64,000 nt of DNA from Chiloscyllium plagiosum (taxonomy: Eukaryota), in assembly GCF_004010195.1 (NCBI RefSeq), contig NC_057755.1:10394954-10458953 (forward strand). The letters run 5' to 3'. The notes under the pieces were generated by a model. The model ran no database searches. It saw only the letters and a program-made list of their open reading frames with translations, and had not been told where the DNA came from. Of this stretch, positions 1 through 12,608 are shown piece by piece. Each line of letters starts with the position of its first letter. Positions within the stretch are counted from its first letter, which is position 1. Made by a program: the position numbers and the translations under genes.

Positions 1-570
1 TATAGAGGGCTACTGCAGGCTGCAGCACAACATGGACAGGATGCAGAGCTGGGCTGAGAAATGGCAGATGGAGTTCAACCTGGATGAACTCGAATGCTGA
101 ATATAGGAAAAAAGACAGAATTATTGGCAGTGTGGAAGAAGAGAGGGATCTGGGTATGCAACACATAGATCCCTCAAAGTTGCCACCCAATTGGATAGGG
201 TTGTTAAGAAAGCATATGGTGTTTTGGCTTTCATTAACAGGGGGACGAGTTGAAGAGCTGTGAGGTTTTGCTGTAACTCTACAAGTCCCTGGTGAGGCTA
301 TACTTGGAATATTGTCTCCAGTTCTGGTCGCCCGACTATAGGAAAAATGCAGAGGCTTTGGAGAGGGTGCAAAGAATGTTTAGAAGGATGCTGCCTGGAC
401 TGTAGGGCTTGCCTTATGAAGAAAGGTTGAATAAGCGCTGACGTTTCTTTCTGGAGAGATGGAGAAAGAGAGGAGATCTGATCGAGGTGTACAAAATAAT
501 ACGAGGAATATACAGACTCAATAGTCAGAGACTTTTTCCCAGGGCAGGATTGACTGGTACGAGAAGTCAT
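1..570 (+). mobile_element. CR1 LINE, 3' part of ORF2 (continues at ~3238-3510 after a nested insertion)
   Basis: Degenerate RT C-terminal sequence (LEYCLQFWSP...ALERVQRMF) colinear with the other CR1 copies; resumes at ~3238 'tttgaagatattaggagg' and ends in TTCTATG repeats at ~3495-3508. Confidence 0.9.
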
Positions 571-3237
571 AGAACATAGAACATTACAGCGCAGTACAGG
601 CCCTTCGGCCCTCGATGTTGCGCCGCCCTGTCATACTAATCTGAAGCACATCCCACCTACACTATTCCATGTACATCCATTTACCTGTCAAATGACGACT
701 TAAATGCACTTAAACTTGGCAAATCTACTATCGATGTAGGCAAAGCATTCCATTCCCTTACTACTCTCTGAGTAAAGAAACTACCTCTGACATCTCTCTT
801 ATGCATATCCCCCCTCACTTTAAAATTGTGTCCCCTCGTGTTTGCTGTTCCCGAACTTGGAAAAAGGCTCTCCCTGTCCACCCTATCTAACCCTCTGATT
901 ATCTTTTATGTTTCTATTAAGTCGCCTCTCAATCTTCTTCTCTCTAACGAGAACAGCCTCAAGACCCTCAGCCTTTCCTCGTAAGACATTCCTTCCATAC
1001 CAAGCAACAGCCTAGTAAATCTCCTCTGCACCCTTTCCAAAGCTTCCACATCTTTCTTACAATGTGGTGACCAGAACTGTACGCAATACTCCAAGTGTGG
1101 CTCTATCAGCGCTTTGTACAGCTGCAGCATAACCTCCTGGCTCCGGATCTCAATCCCTCTGTTAATAAAGGCCAAAACACTTTATGCCTTATTATCAACC
1201 CTGTCACTCTGGGTGGCAACTCTCGGGGACCTGTGTACATAGACACTCTGCTCATCTTGCACTCCCAAGAATCCTACCATTAGCCTAGTATTTTGCATTC
1301 CAATTACTCGAGCCAAAGTGCATCACCTCACACTTGTCCACATTAAACTCCATTTGCCACCTCTAGCCCAGCTCTGCATCCTATCTATGTCTCTCTGCAA
1401 CCTATTACATCCTTCGTCATTATCCACAAGTCCACAGACCTTAGTGTCATCCGAAAATTTGCTAACCCACCATTCTAAGCCCTCATCCAGGTCATTTATA
1501 AAAATGACGAACAGCAGTGGACCCAATACCGACACTTGCGTTACGCCACTACTAACTGGACACCAAGATGAACATGTTCCATCAATTACAACCCTCAGTT
1601 TTCTTTCAGCAAGCCAATTATTGATCCAAACTGTTATGTCTCCCACAATCATATTCCTCCGCATTTTGTATAATAGCCTACTGTGGGGAACCTTATCGAA
1701 CGTCTTGCTGAAATCCATATACACCACATCAACCGGTTTACTCTCATCTACCTGTTTGGTCACTTTGTCAAAAAACTCAATAAGATTCGTTAGGCACGAC
1801 CTAACCTTCACAAAACCGTGGTGACTGTCCCTGATAAGATAATTCTTTTCTAGATGGTTACAAATCCTATCATTTATAACCTTTTCCAACACTTTACCAA
1901 CAACTGAAATGAGACTCACTGGTCTGTAATTACCAGGGTTGTCTCTACTACCCTTTTCGGACAAGGGAACCACATTTGCTATCCTCCAGTCCTCAGCCAC
2001 TATTCCTGTAGACAATGATGATTTGATAATCAATGCCAAAGGCTTGGCAATCTCTTTCCTTGCTTCCCAGAGGATGCCAGGATAGATCCCATCCAGCCCA
2101 GGGGACTTGCCTATTTTCACACTCTGCAGTATTTCTAATACCTCTTCTTTGTGAACCTCAATCTCTTCTAGTCTAGATGCAAGTATCTCTGTATCTTCCT
2201 CGCCAACATTTTCTTTCTTCTATAGTGAACACTGTCGAAAATTTTTATCTGGTGCTTCCCCTGTCTCCTCTGACTCCACACACAACTTCCCACTATTATC
2301 CTTGATTGGCCCTAATTTAACTCTTGTCATTCTTTTATTCCTGACATTCCTGACAAGCTTTTCCTTGAATAAGCTCCACATTTTTAAGGTGCTCATCCAT
2401 CCTAACTTCCATCCTAACTCCCTGAATTTCTGCCTCAAGTCCCCATCTGTCTTCCGACCTATGTCGTTGGTGCCAATGTGGACCACTACTTGGAGCTGCT
2501 CTTCGTCCCCCTGAAGGATTCCAAAAACACGATCAGAGATATCACGGACCCTGGCACCCGGGAGGCAACACACCAAACGTGAGTCTCTCTCATCCCCACA
2601 GAACCTCCTATCTGTCCCCATAACTATCGAGTCCCCAATGAGTACTGCTCTGCTCCTCCTCCCCCCATCGCTTCTAAGCAGCAGATGCCACACTGCTTTC
2701 CCCTGGTAAGTCATCCCCCCCAACAGTATCCAAAACGGTATACTTATTGTTGAGGGGAATAGCTACATGGGATCCCTGCACTGCCTGCCTGTTCCCTTTC
2801 TGTCCCCTAACTGTCACCCATCTGTCTTTCTCTTTTATCTAGTGACTCACTACCTCTCTGTTAGTCCTGTCAATAACCCCCTCTGCCTCCCGAATGATCC
2901 GAAGTTCATCCAACTCCAGTTCCAGTTCCCTAACACGGTTTTCGAGGAGCTGGTGTTGAGTGCACTTCCCACACATGTAGTCAGCAGGGACACTAGTGGT
3001 GACCCTTACTTCCCAAATTCTGCAGGAGGAACATTCCACTGCCCTACACTCCATTCCCATTATTCTAACTCCCGAAGTGACCACTCAAATATAACCTGCT
3101 CTACTTACCCTTCCCAGAAGTACTTTGCTCGCTTCTCCCTCGCTGGCCTGAAGGTAAGAAGTTTAAATATACTTACCGTACTTCCTGACAATCACCTCGC
3201 ACCAATGTCACCTCCTCCCGGATTTCGCTGCACCGAT
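571..3237 (-). mobile_element. CR1 LINE nested in the previous one, with ORF1 (zinc finger/leucine zipper + SGNH esterase) and an internally deleted ORF2 RT
   Basis: ORF 2839-3084 AVECSSC...CGKC...RVRELELEL; ORF 2220-2723 GDSIV...CLPGARVRD...HIGTND; ORF 1323-2120 KSPGLDG, NYRPVSL, VYMDFSKTFDKV, QVSVLGP, FSDD; tail CATAGAA repeats at 568-582; most of the APE domain is missing at a junction near 2400. Confidence 0.92.
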
Positions 3238-3510
3238 GTTTGAAGATATTAGGAGGAAGGTATAAAAGAGACGTCAGAGGTAGGTTCTTTATCCAGAGAG
3301 TTGTGAATGCATGGCAAGCGTTGCCAGCTGTGGCGGTGGATGCAGAGTCATTGGGGATATCTAAGCAACTGCTGGGCATGCACATGGATAGCAGTGGGTT
3401 GAGGGCTGCATAGGCTAAATTACTACATTTTACATTAGGATTAAATCTCGGCACAACATCGTGGGCCAAAGGACCTGTTCTGAGGTGTACTCTTCTATGT
3501 TCTATGTTAT
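3238..3510 (+). mobile_element. CR1 LINE 3' end (right half of the element at 1-570)
   Basis: Matches 3' ends at 26740-26984 and 55150-55413; TTCTATG tail. Confidence 0.85.
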
Positions 3511-4294
3511 CTTATTAACCTTCTAAATTCTAGAGAAAACAAGCCTTAGTTTAACAGAGAACAGTGCAGCACAGGAACAGGCCCTTTGTCCCACCATGTC
3601 TGCGTTGCCTCTGATGCCATTCTAAACTACCCCTACTTGCCCGTGTGTGACCCATGTCCCTCTATTCCCGCCTGTAAATATTTCCTTCTAATTTCCTCTT
3701 AAACCTGCTTCTGCGACCTCCCCACAGCATGTTCCGGGGACAGACCACACTCTGTGTAAATAAACTTGCCTCACACATCTAGTTTAAGTTAACCAATGAT
3801 TAAGTGAATCATCTATCCATACTAACACATCCTCCCTCATGCCAAAGACTCTTATTTTATCAAGTAGCCGAACATGCAGAAACTTATCAAACAACATTTA
3901 ACACTCCAAATTTGAGAGATCGTTTAGTTCCCACTTGTCTTCCTTTCTTGTTCTCTCCTCAGTAAATTCAAAGAAATGTGTCAGGCATAATTTCGCCTTC
4001 ATTAAAGATTGTCATGGATTTCCATATCCTGTATGATCAAACCCTTTATAAGAGGCTTGAAAATTTTCCCATTCTTATTAAGAATATTCCATTGGCAGTT
4101 GAATCATCATCCAGACCACTTCCAGAATGATAAAGATTCTGCTTAGACTACCACATGGGCTTCGATTATCTCTGTCACTACCTATTATAACATGGCAGGA
4201 GGAATCCAATAACGTCCACTTGCCATAGAGGGAGTGCAATGGAGCTTCATCAAACCAATTCCTGGGATGGTACGACAATCGTATTAACATAGCA

Positions 4295-6140
4295 CATATA
4301 ACATAGATCATAGAGCAGTAAGCACAGAACAGGCCCTTCAACCGTCGTTGTCGTGCTGAACTTCTTTTCCTCCTCGAAGATCAGACTCACCTACATACAC
4401 TACATTTTGCGATCATATATGCACCTTACCAAGGGTCGCTTAAATTTCCTTAATGTATCAGTCTCTGCTACGACCTCTGGAAGTGAATTTCATGCACACA
4501 CACCCACTCTCTGTGTAAAGAGACTACCTCTGACATCTCCCTGAAACCTCAAAATTATGCACCCTTGCTACTGCCATTTCTGCCATGGGAAAAGTCTCTG
4601 GCTATCCACTCTATCTCTGCTTCTCATCGGTTTGTCCACGTCTGTCAAGTCATCTCTCATCCTTCTTCAGTCCAATGAGAAAAGCCAAAACTCCCTCAAA
4701 TTTTCTTCAGAAGGGATGCCCTCCAGTCCAGGAAGCTTCCTGGTAAATCTCCCAAGCACTGTCTTGAAAGCTTCCGCATTCTTCCTCTAATGCGGTGACC
4801 AGAACTGGGAAAAAATATTCCAAGTGTCACGACACAGAGGCAAACTCCTCTATTAATTAAACGAAAGACGCAGAAAAGTACAGCTCACCTCATAACCTGT
4901 TAAAATATGAGTGACAGAGAACTCCCAAATTCGATGATTTAAAGAAAATAATATTACTTTATTCTTTAACTCTAAAAGTGAACATTAAACAACAACTATT
5001 CACAACGCTAAGCTCCCCTTTCTGTTAACTGTTTATTACATGCCTCCAACTCTACAACAATATACTTTTACAATAAAAAAAATACTTATTAAAAGTATGT
5101 CAACTTAATTTCAAAACCATACAGTGGCTCTCAATGTCAGCATCTCTCTTTCAGCTGAAATTTCTCTTGGCTGTCTTCTTTCTATTTACTGTGAAGACGT
5201 TTCATAAGAATAAGATATCTTTGATAGAGAGTGTGTCAATCTTTTGAGTATCTCTCTCGATGCCAGTGACAGTCTGACTTTCAAAACGCCCGCCTTTTTT
5301 ATCCAAAAATCATCGGATTGTCTCATTGGTTCGCTCTTGGTAAAACAATAAGTTCAAACACGATTGGGTTTTAATGTCCTTTGGGAATAATTTGATGTGA
5401 TTGGTTCATTTTGAATTGTTGTCAAAATAGCAACCAACTGAGGTATCCATTTCACAATCAAGTGTTACATGTTTTCAATTTTCCAGTACATTCTGAGAAT
5501 GCTAGCTAGTCATCAGAGGTGCTTGTAAACTCTCACTGCAAAACAGTGGTTACTCTCTCTTAAAATTAATGCACACTCCTTCAACTTCAGAACACAAGAG
5601 TGATATACCCAGGGTTCTAAAGAGCTGCAGCACAACCTCGCGGCTCTGAAACTGAATTCCCCTGCTAATGAAAGCCAACACACTATACAACTTCTTAACA
5701 ACCTTGTCAACATGGGTGGCAACTTTGAGGGATCCATGAACATGGATATCAAGATGCCCCCGTTCCTTCATACTGCCAAGACTCCTGCCTTTAACCCTGT
5801 ATTCTGCATTCAAATATTCCTTCCAAAACAAATTACTTCACTTTTCCATGTTGAACTCCTTCAGCCATTTGACAGCCCAGTTCTGCATCCTGTCAATGTC
5901 CAGTTGCAACCTCCAACAGCCCTCCATACTATCCCGAAGTTCACCATTCTTTGTGTATCATTGGCAAACTTATTAACCGACTCTTCCACTCCCTCATCCA
6001 AGTCATTTATAAAAATCACAAAGCGGAGGTCCCAAAACAGATCCCCGTGGAAGACCACTGGTCAATGAACTCCAGGCTGAGTACTTTCCATCTACTACCA
6101 AACTCTGTCTTCTATGGGCCTGCGAATTCTGTGTTGAGAC
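4295..6140 (-). mobile_element. Decayed CR1 LINE 3' half, interrupted by a solo LTR
   Basis: [11 protein letters not shown]...FAND and AFISRGIQFQSREVVLQL remnants (ORFs 5861-6058, 5550-5831); 3' tail near 4300. Confidence 0.85.
4825..5594. mobile_element. Solo LTR (770 bp)
   Basis: Starts TG and ends CA, flanked by a 4-bp direct repeat CAAG (4821-4824, 5595-5598); the host CR1 resumes exactly on the other side. Confidence 0.75.
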
Positions 6141-6149
6141 AGCCAATTA

Positions 6150-6900
6150 AGTGTGATTGAGAAAACTGAGTCTCTATTCTTTGAAGTGAAGAGGAATGTG
6201 AAGTGACCTTACAGAAAATTACACATTTCTGGAAGGGTTAAAGAGAGTAGGTGCAGATGTTTTTCCTGGCTGTGGGATACACAATTACAGACAGAGTCTC
6301 AGAGTAAAAAGCATGCAATTTAATATTGAAATGAGGCTCATCAGAGGATGGTTAACCTTCAAATTTCTCTACTGGTGACGTCTATAGAAACTTCATCTCT
6401 AACTGAGTTCAAGAGAAAATATCCTTCCTGTGGCAGGGTGACCACAGATGTGCACACTTCTATAGAAGAGTCCTCACCAGTGTTCTTTACAAGCTCAGCA
6501 AATCAAGAGGGGCATAGATCAGTTGAGGAAGCAAGGACTTTTTCCCCAACATAGTGGGTCCAAAATGACAGATTATAGTCTTAAGGTGAGAGGAATAAGA
6601 TTTAAAAGGGACTCGATGAACAACATTGCTATCCAAACTGTATTGTGTATATCGAACTAGCTTTGACAGGAAGTGGTAGAAACGTAGACAATCACAATAT
6701 TTAATACATTTGGTCTGGTACATGGATATGAATGATTTAGAAGGATAGAAGCAAATTGGGAATAATTCAATTTGGGATACTTGTTTGGCATGGGCTGAAG
6801 GGCCTGTCTCCATGCTGTATGACTCTATGAACTCTATGAATTGATGATCAGTCGCTATTCTATTTGATGATGGAGTAGATTTGAAGGGATGGATGGCCTA
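6150..6900 (+). mobile_element. Old CR1-type 3' end fragments
   Basis: Degenerate 3' motifs 'gggctgaagggcctgtctccatgctgtatgactctatga' at ~6790-6840. Confidence 0.6.
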
Positions 6901-7439
6901 TGTTATCCACCAGGCTTATTGTCTCACTCTTTATGATTCGTTACCTTTCATTGATTTTTAGCACTTTTACAACGACAGCTTGCTTTTTGGGTGTTTTAAA
7001 TATCTGATGTTGTCCATAACTTTCACAGTTAATTTGCACCCTTCTTAGCATTCCTTCTTCCTCTTGGAAATATATATGCGTACGCACCATTACATATTTG
7101 CTATAGTTTCTCACTGTCTTTTCTACGAAAATTATTTTTCAATGCACTCCATTTAACTCTAGCTCTGTTCTATTGCAATTGCACTCGATAGATTTTTGCA
7201 TTTTTTTTTTCTAAATCCCATTTCTTGCTCTGGAGCTGAATGCTAAATTTGACCAATGTCACTGTTACTGTATTCTGAACTTTGTTCCACTCGATAATCA
7301 TTTACTAATTGTATTTTATTGCACAGTACTGGACCCAAAGCAGCCTGATCCCTGCTTGTGAGTGATGTAGGTAATTTTCTCTATGCTGTCAGCTGCATTG
7401 CAAATTGAGGAGATGATTGAAATGTTGTCAAAGGCTTCC

Positions 7440-8210
7440 ATAACGTATTTCCATTACATATAAAGAGTGTATGCATTTTTTCTTTTACGTTTTATTGAGT
7501 TTTGCAAGATCCAGATAAAACTCAGTACCCGGAAGTTAATGCTTTAGATTTTTTTCGCTCATCTGGTTGAAGGTCATCTTTATGATTATGTTTTCGCATA
7601 TCCTGTTTAAGCCAAGGTAATGGTGAGAGGGGATCTTTTACAAGAAATCAGACACTTCAACATAAGGTAAGTCCCGGATTGTATTCTGCGAAGTTCCTTT
7701 CTTTAAATGCACATTATGGAAGCAGCACTAATATTTATTGCCATTGTTTTTTTTTCTCAGAATTTGGCAGGTTTTGGTCTTCATTGTAGTATTAAACAGA
7801 GAATTGTTAACGTTTATTTAGGAAGAAAATACACTGATGACGTTACCAATGCAACTTAAGGTTAAAACCTCTTACTGTCGGTTTAATCCTGAAATTAAAC
7901 AGTGCCAAAAAGAAATAGACGTAATGGGTCAGTTATATCATGTTTATTTAAAATAGATACATGGCCTGTCGAGGCACTGGTCTCTTTGCTTTGCTGATTG
8001 TTTGATTCAGCTGCTTTCATTTGCTTTAAATGCAAATGAATAGCAGGAGCTGTGCACAATATGAACTTGAAACAGTGCGGTATGGGCCCAGGTGAAACAT
8101 TACCCTCTAGAATTGAAAGATACATTTTTTGTTTTCAATAATTATGATGGTAGGAAATAGAAAACGTAGATTTGCACGGAGATCTGGCGCCATTTTGCAT
8201 ATCAGTCTGC
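7440..8210 (+). promoter_or_regulatory. Candidate promoter/enhancer motif cluster
   Basis: TATAAAG 7459-7465, ETS CCGGAAGT 7529-7536, octamer ATGCAAAT 8030-8037, YY1 GCGCCATTTTG 8187-8197 in a TE-free island; strong donor AAG|GTAAGT at 7666/7667 and acceptor T-tract+CTCAG ending at 7760. Confidence 0.4.
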
Positions 8211-8325
8211 AGTCAGCTTCCCGGGTTGTACAATCCTCTCAGTGACAGTCAGTGAAGAACAACAGAATCCAGGAAACTCCGCTGTATGGCTCAGGGTTCA
8301 TGGTAAATGTTTCATTCTCGCACAG

Positions 8326-8407
8326 TTGGAAACTAATACCTGCAGCTCACAAAGCTCCCACTTAAAGAAGATGAGGATAACATATTCCAAATGAAGGCTT
8401 TGATAAG
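8326..8407 (+). other. Candidate non-coding (5'UTR) exon, 82 nt
   Basis: Acceptor tttcattctcgcacag|, donor AAG|GTGAGG; stops in all three frames. Confidence 0.4.
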
Positions 8408-9049
8408 GTGAGGTCGCGTCACTCATGTAGATCTGAAGATTACCAGATTACCATGGAAAGTACTTCATATCAGAGCAGAACCAGGTCATTGTCAGGCACA
8501 CAGACGGAATGTGCAAATAGATTTACATGTGAACTCACAACTCCCAACCTGGGAATCCGAAGCTGTACCTAGCCATTCTAGTAAAATTCTTCAGAATCAG
8601 CTGAGCAGGATCTCCGGTTTGTGCACTTACAACTGCAGTTGAATCCCATGATCCGATCAGAATAATTGTGAATCAAACTGGAACATCGTTTGGTTTTCTC
8701 AACCCATTAAATTTACAACGGCAGAAAGAGATTTCAGGAATCTGGAGAGGAAGGGTTCTGAAGGAATTGACACAAATAGAAAAAGTTTCTGGGAGTAGAG
8801 AAGGTTACAGAGAGAGAGTAGTGGTCCGATCTGGAGCAGTTGCAAGGACTGGAGTTTGTTTTACAATGAGAAACAGTACACGTAATAGGAAGCTACAGAA
8901 GTTTCAAACTTAGAATGGATTTAAGGTTACCGGGGATGAAGTTGTGTAATAGCCAATAGAAGTTTGAGTTGCAAAAAAATCATTCCCCAAGTCACCAATC
9001 ACATTACAGCCAAATCACGTTGTTGAAACGAGCTCTATTGGGGAAGGGA

Positions 9050-10177
9050 ATGCAACTGTCCCTGCATTAACTGCTTTTGCTGGCAGCTTGTTTCAGATAC
9101 ATCCCATCCTTTTTGTGAAAACGTTTCCCCTCAGGTCCCTTTTATATCTTTCTCTTCTCATCTTAACATTATTCGGTCCAGGTTTGAAGTCCCATATTCT
9201 GGGAAAAAGACTTTTACTGTTCACCTTATCTATGTCTCTCTTAGTTTATAAACCACCATTAGATCATCCATCAACCTCATACATAGAACATAGAACATAG
9301 AACAAGACAGCACAGAACAGGCCCTTCGGCCCACGATGTTGTGCCGAACATTTGTCCAAGCTTAAGCACACATCCATGTACCTATCCAATTGCCACTTAA
9401 AGTTCGCCAATGATTCTGACTCTGTCACTCCCACAGGCAGCGCATTCCATGCCCCCACCACTCTCTGGGTAAATAACCTACCCTTGACATCTCCCCTACA
9501 CCTTCCACCCTTCACCTTAAATTTATGTCCCCTTGTAACATTCTGTTGTACCCGAGGAAAAAGTTTCTGATTGTCTACTCTATCTATTCCCCTGATCATC
9601 TCATAAATCTCTATCAAGTCACCCCTCATCCTTCTCCGTTCCAATGAGAAATTGCATAGCACACTCACCCTATCCTCGTACGACCTATTCTCCATTCCAG
9701 GCAACATCCTGGTAAATCTTCTCTGCACCCTCTCCAAAGCTCCCACATCTTTCCTAAAGTGAGGCGACCAGAACAGCACACAGTACTCCAANNNNNNNNN
9801 NNNNNNNNNNNNNNNNNNNNNNNNNNNNNNNNNNNNNNNNNNNATCTTCGTATTGTCTGCAAATTTACTGACCCACCCTTCGTCTCCCTCATCTAAGTCA
9901 TTAATAAAAATTACAAACAGCAGAGGACCCAGAACTGATCCCTGCGGAACTCCACTTGTAACTGGGCTCCAGGCTGAATATTTACCATCTACCACCACTC
10001 TCTAACTTCGACCGGTTAGAAAGTTTTCTATGCAACTGGCCAAGTTTCCCTCTATCCCATGCCTCCTGACTTTCCGCATAAGCCTACCGTGGGGAACCTT
10101 ATCAAATGCCTTACTAAAATCCATGTATACTGCATCCACTGCTCTACCTTCATCCACATGCTTGGTCACCTCCTCCA
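9050..10177 (-). mobile_element. Two CR1 3' fragments (older 9050-9280, younger 9281-10177 containing an assembly gap)
   Basis: ORF 9264-9998 [14 protein letters not shown]...FADNTK...LEYCVLFWSP; CATAGAA tail 9282-9304; 52 N at 9792-9843. Confidence 0.9.
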
Positions 10178-10574
10178 ATGAAAAATGTCCAGGTCTCTAC
10201 TGCCGCTCGTTAAATCTGAAACTTTCCATTATGGACAATATCCTTTTCGATCTTTTCTGCATCATCTCCCGTTTAATAAAAATATCAGAATTACTCTAAA
10301 AGTGGCGTCACCAAAGTCCTGTATAACTGCAACATGATGTCCGAGCTCTATACTCAATAATCTGAACAATGAAGGCATGTGTGTTAAACGCCTTCTTAAC
10401 TGCACAGTCTACCTGCAATGCAACTTTTAATGCACCTGAATCCCCGGATCCCTCTGTTGGCATCACTCCCTGATTCTTACGATTAGCTATGTAAGTCCTG
10501 CCTTCGTTCATTTAACCAAAATGCAACAACTCGAATTTATCTAAATTAAACTCCCAGCAAGGGACCTACAAATT

Positions 10575-11362
10575 ACTTGCGAAGCTTTAGGGTGTAGGTT
10601 TGCTCGCTGAACTGTAGGTTTGATACCCAGACGTTTCATTATCAGGCTAGGTAACATAATCAGTGGTGACCTCCAAGTGAAGCGAAGATGTTGTCTCCTG
10701 CTTTCTATTTATATATTTCTCCTGGATGGGGTTCCTGGGGTTTGTGGTGATATCATTTCCTGTTAGTTTTCTGAGGGGTTGATAGATGGCATCTAGATCT
10801 ATGTGTTTGTTTATGGCGTTGTGATTGGAGTAGCCAGACCTCTAGGAATTCTCTGGCATGTCTGCCTAGCCTGTCCCAGGATTGATGTGTTGTCCCAGTC
10901 GAAATGGTGTTTTTTTTTTCATCCGTGTCTAGGGCTACGAGGGAGAGAGGATCGTGTCTTTTTGTGGCTAGCTGGTGTTCGTGTATCCTGGTGGCTAACT
11001 TTCTTCCTGTTTGTCCTACGTAGCGTTTGTCGCAGTCCTTGCATGGAATTTTGTAGATGACGTTGGTTTTGTCCATGGGTTGTACTAAGTCTTTTAAGCC
11101 ATAAACAAACACATAGATCTAGATGCTATCTATCAATCTCTCAGAAAATGAACAGGAAATGACATCACCCCATCCCCAGGAACTCCATTCAGGAGAAAGA
11201 TATAAATAGAAAGCAGGAGACAACAGCTTCGCTTCACTTGGAGGTCGCCACTGATGATGTTACCTAGCCTGGTAATGAAACGTCTGGATATCAAACCTAC
11301 AGCTCAGCGAGCAAACCTACACCTTAAACCTCAACCTGAGCGACAAACCTTCACAAACCTTG
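10575..11362 (-). mobile_element. Penelope-like element fragment (GIY-YIG endonuclease) with inverted pseudo-LTRs
   Basis: ORF 10753-11112 NVIYKIPCKDCDKRYVGQTGRKLATRIHEH; ~10585-10818 is the inverted repeat of ~11098-11325. Confidence 0.9.
11248..11287 (+). ncRNA. Minimal hammerhead ribozyme, intact core
   Basis: cca-CTGATGA-t-gttacc(tagcct)ggtaat-GAAA-C-GTC-tgg: stem I cca/tgg, 6-bp stem II, palindromic ACGT stem III, GUC triplet. Confidence 0.8.
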
Positions 11363-12129
11363 CAAAAAATACTTCCAGAGCTTTCCACAAAGTTCTGAGA
11401 TGCACATGGTCAAGTCCTCGGGATATTTCCAACATTATGCGTTTCATGAAGTCCAGCATCTCCTCTTCTGTAATATGGACACTTTTCAATTTATCACTAT
11501 TTATGTCTCCAAGTTCTCGAGCTTCCACATCCTTCACCGCAGTAAAATACTGATGCTTTTCTCCTACGGCTGCAAACGTAGATGGCCTTGTTAATTTTAG
11601 GGACCCTATTCTCTGTGAAGTTTCTCTTTTATCATTACTGTGTTTGTAGACTCCCTTCGAATTGTTCTTAAACCTGTTTTCCAAAGCTTTCGAATGTTCC
11701 CTTGTTTGCCCTCTAGAACTCCAATATTCCTTATGCTCATTGACAAACTCACTTCAGCACTACTGTCTATGTCTACCATTTACCTCCTTTTTATTCACAA
11801 GAGCCTCAATTTCTCTAGTCATTCCGCATCTCCTACAACTAGCAGCCTGTCATTCACTCTAACAAGAACATACTGTTCATGAGCGCTCAGCCATCTCGTT
11901 TTTGAAGGATTCTTATTTTTCAATCGTCCATTTATCTGTGAATATCCGCTCCCAAACAATTGTAGAAAGTTCTTGCCCGATCCCGGTCAAAATTGACTTA
12001 CTATAATGTAGAACTTTAACTTTTTAGATCAGGTCTATCCTTAACTAATAGAATTATGATCACTGACCTGAAAGTGTTGCCCCACTGACACCTCAATCAC
12101 CTTCACTGCCTTATTTCCCAATAAAGGTG

Positions 12130-12608
12130 TTAGAAAAAAGGTTGGTAAATGTGTATCCATTATTTAAGACAGGTGGCAAGGAAAAGTCAGCAAATTATCG
12201 ATAGATGAGAGTGTGGGATGTTTAACCTTTTGGTTGTGATTAACGAGATTTGCATATATTTGGAAAGGCAAGAACTGATTATGGACAGTCAACATGGTTT
12301 TGTATGTGGGAGGTCGTGTTTCACTGATTTAAGTTTTTTGAAGAAGTGTCAAAAGAGATTGGTAAATGGGGAATGGTGGACGTAGTCTACTTGGATTTCA
12401 GAGACGTTTTTCATAAATTTTCGCAATGTTGACTGATTAACAAGATTCAACCACACGGGATCCAAGGAGAGATATCTATCTGGATATAAAATTGACTTGA
12501 AAGTAGGTGACAGAGGATGATAAGAGGGAAAAGATTTAAGAGGGATCTCAGGGACAACCTTTTCACGCAGACAATGATGCATGTGTGGAATGAGCTATCG
12601 AAGGAAGT
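12130..12608 (+). mobile_element. Old CR1 RT and 3' fragments
   Basis: SQHGFVCGRSCFT and VDVVYLDF-like sequence; RGKRFKRDLRDNLFTQ. Confidence 0.65.

Larger units (their letters stand above)
10180..12125 (-). mobile_element. Old CR1 LINE fragments interrupted by a Penelope-like element
   Basis: ORFs 10308-10511 and 11331-11684 resemble CR1 ORF2 linker and C-terminus. Confidence 0.65.

Noticed and set aside
9792..9843. Apparent 244-aa continuous ORF 9264-9998
   Set aside because: Spans a 52-N assembly gap inside a CR1; continuity is an artefact
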